From the NCBI GenBank assembly GCA_902496375.1, contig CABVAS010000001.1:1-54675 (forward strand): a stretch of 54,675 nt of DNA. Direction: 5' to 3'. Below the pieces are notes generated by a model. The model did no database searches, was not told where the DNA came from, and saw only the letters and a list, made by a program, of their open reading frames with translations. Both the position numbers and the translations under genes were made by a program. This document shows, in pieces, positions 49,137-54,675 of this stretch. Source of the stretch: an uncultured Collinsella sp. Its GTDB lineage: Bacteria > Actinomycetota > Coriobacteriia > Coriobacteriales > Coriobacteriaceae. How positions within the stretch are numbered: the first letter of the stretch is position 1; every line of letters begins with the position of its first letter.

Positions 49137-49313
49137 GGGTGAACGTTTAGCTAGATTATGCGCGATTCCTTACGTGAGGTGAACGTTCACTTGCATATTA
49201 TCCCCGAACGGTCGATTTTTACCGCTGAACGGACACAATTGAGCTTCTTGGTTCTGTTTTCTGCTGGTAAAGGTGCCATATTGGGCAAATATGCAAAAGG
49301 TGAACGTTTATTG
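49137..49313. promoter_or_regulatory. Three GGTGAACGTT operators upstream of the MFS gene
   Basis: 49137-49152, 49177-49192, 49298-49313. Confidence 0.7.
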
Positions 49314-49341
49314 TGATTTCCATTTCATGCACGCCGTAAGC

Positions 49342-49379
49342 AAAACGGTCCCGCCGGGACTACTCCCGACGGGACCGTT
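49342..49379 (-). terminator. Terminator after uxaA
   Basis: AACGGTCCCG/CGGGACCGTT stem plus U-tract. Confidence 0.7.
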
Positions 49380-49410
49380 ATATAGGCACTATGTTCGGAT
49401 GCGCTTGCCG

Positions 49411-50895
49411 CTACAGGCAGACGCCGTCCTTCCAGATGCTAATCTCGTGGCAACCGCGACGCTCGGCACTCGTAAGCTTGCCGCTCGCCGTGTCCAGCAC
49501 CAGCTGATACAGGTCGCTGGCAGCCTCATCGAGCGTACGCTCGCCCGTAGCCACCACACCGGCGTTAAAGTCCATCCAGTTGGCCTTGTGGTCGCACAGG
49601 CGCTGGTTGGTGAACACCTTGAGCGTGGGCGCCGGCGCGCCAAACGGCGTACCGCGGCCAGTGGAGAACAGGATCACGTGGCAACCGGCAGCGGTGAGCG
49701 CCGTGGTCGACACCATGTCGTTGCCCGGGCCACACAGCATATTCAAGCCATGCTTGGTGGCCTGGCCGGCGTACGGCAGCACGTCGACGATGGGCGCGGA
49801 GCCGCCCTTTTGCACGCAGCCGCAGCTCTTGTCCTCGAGCGTGGTAATGCCGCCGTCCTTGTTGCCGGGGCTCGGGTTCTCGTAGACGACCTCGCCGTGG
49901 CTAATGAAGTAGTCCTTAAAGCCGTTGAGCATGTCCGAGGCGGCGTTAAAGACCTGCTCGTTCTCGCAACGGTCGAGCAGGATGCTCTCGGCGCCGAACA
50001 TCTCGGGCACCTCGGTCAGCACCGACGTGCCGCCGCGGTCAACGACCATATCGCTCACACGACCGATCGTGGGGTTGGCGGTAATGCCCGAAAGGCCGTC
50101 AGAGCCGCCGCACTTGAGGCCAATGACCAGCTCGGAAGCCGGGATGGGCTCACGCTTGGCCTGCTTGGCGAGGTCGGCCAGCTCGGCTAGGATCTTGTGA
50201 CCCTCAACCTGCTCGTCGGCAACGTCCTGGCAGGTGAGGAAGCGGACGCGCTCGTGATCGAAGTCACCGAGCTCATCGAGCACCTGCTGGTGCGTGCAGT
50301 TTTCGCAGCCGAGCGACAGGAACAGCACGCCCGCAGCGTTTGCGTGACGCGAAAGCGCCACCAGCAGACGACGAGTCTGGGCGTGGTCGGCGCCGGTCTG
50401 CGAGCAGCCAAAGGGATGCGGGAAGTAATAGACGCCCTCGAGCGAACCGTCGACCAAATCCTGGGCCTGCTCGCACATAGCGCGCGCGACCTCATTAACG
50501 CAGCCGACCGTGGGGATGATCCACAGCTCATTGCGCGTGGCGGCACGGCCGTCGGCACGGCGGAAACCCATAAAGGTCTCGGGCTCAACGGAATCCACAA
50601 CCGGATGCGTGGGGTTGTACGTGTACTCGACCTCACCCGAAAGGTTGGTCTTCACATTATGCGTGTGGAGCCACTGACCGGGCTGGATGTCGCCCGTCAC
50701 GTGTCCGATGGGCAGGCCGTACTTGATGACGTCCTCCCCCGCGGAAATCGCACGCACGGCCATCTTGTGGCCCTGCGGGATATCCTCCACGGCCACGACC
50801 TCGCCCACACCGGGGACCGCGACGGCGGTGCCCTTGGCGAGCGGTGACAGCGCAACGATCACGTTGTCGGCCGGATTGATCTGGATAGTGTTCAT
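49411..50895 (-). CDS. uxaA: Altronate dehydratase
   Basis: SAF domain (IPQGHKMA, KYGLPIG, HTHN), PTVGCV, GLKCGGSDG, LEDKS, TGRGTP. Confidence 0.95.
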   Translation of the reverse strand: MNTIQINPADNVIVALSPLAKGTAVAVPGVGEVVAVEDIPQGHKMAVRAISAGEDVIKYGLPIGHVTGDIQPGQWLHTHNVKTNLSGEVEYTYNPTHPVVDSVEPETFMGFRRADGRAATRNELWIIPTVGCVNEVARAMCEQAQDLVDGSLEGVYYFPHPFGCSQTGADHAQTRRLLVALSRHANAAGVLFLSLGCENCTHQQVLDELGDFDHERVRFLTCQDVADEQVEGHKILAELADLAKQAKREPIPASELVIGLKCGGSDGLSGITANPTIGRVSDMVVDRGGTSVLTEVPEMFGAESILLDRCENEQVFNAASDMLNGFKDYFISHGEVVYENPSPGNKDGGITTLEDKSCGCVQKGGSAPIVDVLPYAGQATKHGLNMLCGPGNDMVSTTALTAAGCHVILFSTGRGTPFGAPAPTLKVFTNQRLCDHKANWMDFNAGVVATGERTLDEAASDLYQLVLDTASGKLTSAERRGCHEISIWKDGVCL

Positions 50896-50972
50896 TACAA
50901 AGAGTCCTAACCCTACAGGTTGAGCAAAATCGAGCGGCGCCCACCGGTTGACCGGCGGGCGCACAAAGGGAT

Positions 50973-52487
50973 TTAGGCCTGAGCGTTGGCGAATGCCTGC
51001 TTGACGCCCTCGACACGCACGACGGCGAGTGCGTTGACGACAAACTCCTCAAGGCCGGCGATCTGAGTCAGGTCCTCGCCCCACATCTGCTCGTTGGTGA
51101 GCACGTCATGCACCAGCTCGGCATCGTTGACGCCGGCGTGGGCGGCGTAGAAATCGAGCACGAAGGCGTCGTCCTGAGCGGTGTACTCGGTGCCGTCGGA
51201 GCGACGCAGGTGCAGGCCGTCGCCCTCGCGGGACACGAGCTCCTGCGTGTAGAAGGAGATGAGCGTAGCGAGGCTCGTCGCCAGGCACTTGGGCAGGTTG
51301 CCGGTCTCGGCAACGTAGTCCTTGAGCGTGGGCAGGTCGCGAGCGCGCCACTTAGCCGTGGAGTTGAGGCAGATGGAGAGCAGCGCATGATCAATAAACG
51401 GGTTGTCGAAGCGGTTTTCGACGGCGGCGGCAAAGGCCTTGCAGTCCTCGACATCCAAGTCGGCGGCAAGCGTCGGGATGACCTCGTCGTAGAGCATGGT
51501 GTTCATGAAGCCGCGAATGGTCTCGTCGTGCATGCAGCCGCGCACGATGTCAAAGCCGGCAACCCAGGAGCCCGGAACAAAGGCAGTGTGGGCGCCGTTG
51601 AGGATGCGGACCTTGCGCTTCTTGTACGGGGTGACATCGGGGGTCACAAAGACGCCGGGCAGGCCGGCCTTCACGAAGGGCAGACGCTCCTTGAGCGACT
51701 CATCGCCCTGGATGCCCCACATCTGGAAGGGCTCGCGCACAGCCAGGAAGGGATCCTCGTAGCCCAGACGCTCGGCAACAGCGGCAGCCTCCTTGGGGTC
51801 GCGGATGCGGCCAGGGACGATGGTGTCAACGAGCGTGGTGCAGATGGTGCAGTCATTGGCCATCCACTGCGAGAACTCGTCCTCCCAGCCCCAGTCGCTC
51901 ACGTACTGGTTCATAATGCGCAGCAGCTCCTCGCCGTTGTGGTCGATGAGCTCGCAGGCGAGCACGATGACGCCCGGCTTACCGGCAGCCCAGCGGGTGT
52001 GGAGCACCTGGGCAAGCTTGGCCGGGAAGCTCGCGGGCGGCATGTCGTCGGCCTTGCAGGACGGGTCGTAGGCGATGCCGGCCTCGGTGGTGTTGGAGAC
52101 GATGATCTCCAGGTCATCGGAGACGGCAACCTCCATGATGGCGTAGTAGTCGGCCTCGCGGTACGGGTTGAGGCAGCGGCTGCAAGCGCTGATCACGCGA
52201 GACTCGTCAACCGTGTTGCCGTTCTCCTTGCCGCGCACCAACACGGTGTACAGGTCGTCCTGGGCATTGATGCCGTCGGCAAAGCCAAAGGCGCCGCTGA
52301 TGGGCTGGACCATGACGACCTTGCCGTTCCAGCCGGTGGCCTCGTTGCCCATGTCAAAGAAGCGGTCCACGAAAGCGCGCAGGAAGTTGCCCTCGCCAAA
52401 CTGCAGGACCTTCTCGGGGGCGTCCTTGGGCAGCACGTAGCCCTCGTAGCCGATCTTCTCGAGCGTCTCGTAGCTGATGTTCTCCAT
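50973..52487 (-). CDS. uxaB: Tagaturonate reductase
   Basis: QFGEGNFLRAF, SNTTEAGI, ACELI, KVRILNGAH, RFDNPFI. Confidence 0.95.
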   Translation of the reverse strand: MENISYETLEKIGYEGYVLPKDAPEKVLQFGEGNFLRAFVDRFFDMGNEATGWNGKVVMVQPISGAFGFADGINAQDDLYTVLVRGKENGNTVDESRVISACSRCLNPYREADYYAIMEVAVSDDLEIIVSNTTEAGIAYDPSCKADDMPPASFPAKLAQVLHTRWAAGKPGVIVLACELIDHNGEELLRIMNQYVSDWGWEDEFSQWMANDCTICTTLVDTIVPGRIRDPKEAAAVAERLGYEDPFLAVREPFQMWGIQGDESLKERLPFVKAGLPGVFVTPDVTPYKKRKVRILNGAHTAFVPGSWVAGFDIVRGCMHDETIRGFMNTMLYDEVIPTLAADLDVEDCKAFAAAVENRFDNPFIDHALLSICLNSTAKWRARDLPTLKDYVAETGNLPKCLATSLATLISFYTQELVSREGDGLHLRRSDGTEYTAQDDAFVLDFYAAHAGVNDAELVHDVLTNEQMWGEDLTQIAGLEEFVVNALAVVRVEGVKQAFANAQA

Positions 52488-52582
52488 CTATGTTTCTCCT
52501 TAGGCGTTTGTTAGCGTGCAAGCTTGCCGGGGCGCCGCGTGTGGCGACGGCGCCCCCGGGTTCAATATGATTCGGTGCGGAC

Positions 52583-54010
52583 TTAAGCCTCGACGGTGTC
52601 CAGGTCAAAACCGAAGTAGCGGACGGAGTTGTTGTAGCTGATGTCGCGCACGATGGTGCCCAGCAGCTCCATGTCGGCCGGGTACTTGCCCTGCTCGACC
52701 CACTCGCCAATCACGCTGCACAGCACGCGGCGGAAGTACTCGTGGCGCGGGTAGGACAGGAAAGAACGGGAGTCGGTGAGCATGCCGACAAAGTTGCCCA
52801 GAACGCCCTCGTTGGCAAGGGCCGTGAGCTGCTCGCGCATGCCGACCTCGTTGTCGTTGAACCACCAGGCGGAACCGTTCTGGATCTTACCGGCGGTCGG
52901 AGCCTCCTGGAAGCAGCCCATGACGGTATCGATCATGGTGTTATCGATGGGGTTCAGGCTGTACAGGATGGTCTTGGGCAGGCCGCAGGTCTCCTGGATG
53001 GAGTTGAGGAAATCGGCGAGCTGGTCGGACGGCGTGTAGTTGGAGATGCAGTCGTAGCCGGTGTCGGGACCGAGCTTGGCGAACATGGCGCGGTTGTTGT
53101 CGCGCTTGCAGCCAAAGTGCAGCTGCATGGCCCAGCCCAGACGGACATACTCACCGGCAACGAACTGCATAAAGGCAGTCTTGTACTTGAGGACTTCTTC
53201 CTCGGTGAGCGGCTCAGCAGCCAGGCCCTTGGCAAAGATGGCCTCGATCTCGTCGGCGGTAGCCGGGACGTACATGACGTAATCGAGTGCGTGGTCGGAG
53301 GCGCGGCAGCCCAGCTCGTGAGCAACGTCGTAGCGCTTGGAAATGGCGGACTTCATGCCCTCGAAGTCGCTGACCTCAACGCCGGCAGCCTCGGAGAGGT
53401 GCCTGCAGTAGTCGGCAAACTCCTGGCCACGCTCGATGCGCAGGGCGGCGTCGGGGCGCATGGCGGGAACGACCTGAACGTCAAAGCTGTCGTCGGCGGC
53501 AATCTTCTTGTGCCACTCAAAGCTGTCGGCGGGGTCGTCAGTAGTGCAGATCATGCGGACATTGGACTGCTTGATCAGGTTGCGGCAGGTGAAACTGGCC
53601 TCGGCGAGCTTGGCGTTGGCAAGGTCCCAAACCTCCTGGGCAGTCTTGCCGTTGAGGACGCCCTCGTAGCCAAAGTAGCGCTTAAGCTCCAGGTGGCTCC
53701 ACTCAAAGACGGGGTTGCCGACGCAGCGACCCAGGGTCTCGGCCCACTTTTGGAACTTCTCGCGAGCAGGGGCGTCGCCAGTGATAAAGCGCTCGTCGAC
53801 GCCGTTGGCACGCATCAGGCGCCACTTGTAGTGGTCGCCGCCCAGCCAAACCTCGGTGATGTTCTCGAAACGCTTGTCCTCCCAAATCTCCTTGGGAGAA
53901 ATGTGGCAGTGGTAGTCGACGATGGGCATGCCCTCGGCAAAGTTGTGGAACAGCTCCTCGCCGGTCTTGGTGCTCAGCAGAAAATCCTGATCGTCCATGA
54001 AGTTTTTCAT
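52583..54010 (-). CDS. uxaC: Uronate isomerase
   Basis: IVDYHCH, GDHYKWR, CTTDDP, AWWFND, TDSRSFLSYPRHEYFRR. Confidence 0.97.
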   Translation of the reverse strand: MKNFMDDQDFLLSTKTGEELFHNFAEGMPIVDYHCHISPKEIWEDKRFENITEVWLGGDHYKWRLMRANGVDERFITGDAPAREKFQKWAETLGRCVGNPVFEWSHLELKRYFGYEGVLNGKTAQEVWDLANAKLAEASFTCRNLIKQSNVRMICTTDDPADSFEWHKKIAADDSFDVQVVPAMRPDAALRIERGQEFADYCRHLSEAAGVEVSDFEGMKSAISKRYDVAHELGCRASDHALDYVMYVPATADEIEAIFAKGLAAEPLTEEEVLKYKTAFMQFVAGEYVRLGWAMQLHFGCKRDNNRAMFAKLGPDTGYDCISNYTPSDQLADFLNSIQETCGLPKTILYSLNPIDNTMIDTVMGCFQEAPTAGKIQNGSAWWFNDNEVGMREQLTALANEGVLGNFVGMLTDSRSFLSYPRHEYFRRVLCSVIGEWVEQGKYPADMELLGTIVRDISYNNSVRYFGFDLDTVEA

Positions 54011-54062
54011 CAAACAACCCCTTTGTTTGCGGAGCGGGCGCACAATACGCTCGTCATCCTCT

Positions 54063-54116
54063 AGGTGAACGTTCACCATACTAATCCATTACGACTCAAA
54101 AGGTGAACGTTCACCT
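54063..54116. promoter_or_regulatory. Paired operators at the uxaC promoter
   Basis: AGGTGAACGTTCACCA (54063-54078) and AGGTGAACGTTCACCT (54101-54116). Confidence 0.8.
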
Positions 54117-54338
54117 AACAACCATGGGGTGAACGGTAGGTTTTGCCCGTTCAACGGTTGCCGGAGCTGTGACTTGCATGCATTGCGGACCGGTTGGCGT
54201 CCCCGAACACCGAACTTGAGCGCTTTTGCTCAGGTGGGTCATGTCCCGACGTACATTTTTGGGAGTATTCAGCATTGGAGCGCGCCGTGCGCCATCCTCA
54301 GCGTCCTATTTGGAACGCAGATAGCGCCCGATCGGCAT

Positions 54339-54380
54339 AAAAAGTGCCCCCGATGGCAAATTACGCCATCGGGGGCACTT
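54339..54380 (-). terminator. Intrinsic terminator
   Basis: AAGTGCCCCCGATGGC/GCCATCGGGGGCACTT stem plus U-tract. Confidence 0.75.
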
Positions 54381-54470
54381 AAAACAGTCGTTCTGCACCT
54401 CATTCAGGGCATGCCAATGCTGAATACTCCCAAAAATGCACGTCGCAAGAGGGGGTACCTGCTCAATCGG

Positions 54471-54675
54471 CTAAATACCCGCAAGTTCGCAGTAGCGGTC
54501 GACATTGCTGGCAAATACCATCTCGACGGCGCCCTTCTGGACGGGCTCCGTCGGGGTCCTTCCCCACAGCAAATAATCGCCCAGTGTCTTGGCGCCGCGA
54601 TACGCCAGGCTCGTCGGGTCCTTATAGACAATATTGGTAAAGATACCGCGGCGCAAGGCCAGGGCGCTTTCGGGA
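54471..54675 (-). CDS. Partial (3' end) probable LacI-family regulator / sugar-binding domain protein
   Basis: Open frame to the window edge: ALRRGIFTNIVYKDPTSLAYRG...VFASNV. Confidence 0.5.
   Translation of the reverse strand, partial: PESALALRRGIFTNIVYKDPTSLAYRGAKTLGDYLLWGRTPTEPVQKGAVEMVFASNVDRYCELAGI

Noticed and set aside
45601..49182. 1193-aa + strand ORF and many other long antisense ORFs (e.g. 2838-4238, 15429-17081, 28693-30606, 51108-52514)
   Set aside because: Shadow frames opposite well-supported genes in high-GC DNA; no recognisable motifs

Overview
High-GC bacterial chromosome segment, most likely Coriobacteriia (Collinsella-like); the taxon is inferred from gene content only. 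In order: htrA; a GlnR-like regulator preceded by a glutamine-synthetase homologue that has lost three metal ligands; kdgR-like/kdgK/eda; a GntR gene; a YitT-type membrane gene; a solitary AAA+-wHTH ATPase; a FadR remnant; an unsaturated-uronate locus (two DUF2264/GH154-like proteins, GH28-like, GH43, nitrilase-family, GH88, mannose-family PTS IIABCD, RegR, DhuD, DhuI); a RelB-MNT/HEPN toxin-antitoxin pair; a BaiH/BaiCD-like flavoenzyme; kdpFABC-kdpDE; a GltD-like oxidoreductase; and a cytoplasmic pectin/galacturonate locus (epimerase, GH105, SGNH, CE8-alpha/beta-hydrolase fusion, GH28, MFS, uxaABC, partial LacI). Non-coding highlights: two covarying structured leader elements shared by the kdgK-eda and yitT units; five palindromic elements of exactly 67 bp, two of which bracket the whole kdp module; further REP/MITE-like palindromes; a 10-bp tandem array before the ATPase; and two LacI-type operator families. 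No rRNA, tRNA, CRISPR array, integrase or transposase was seen. All family assignments come from motif recognition, not database searches.
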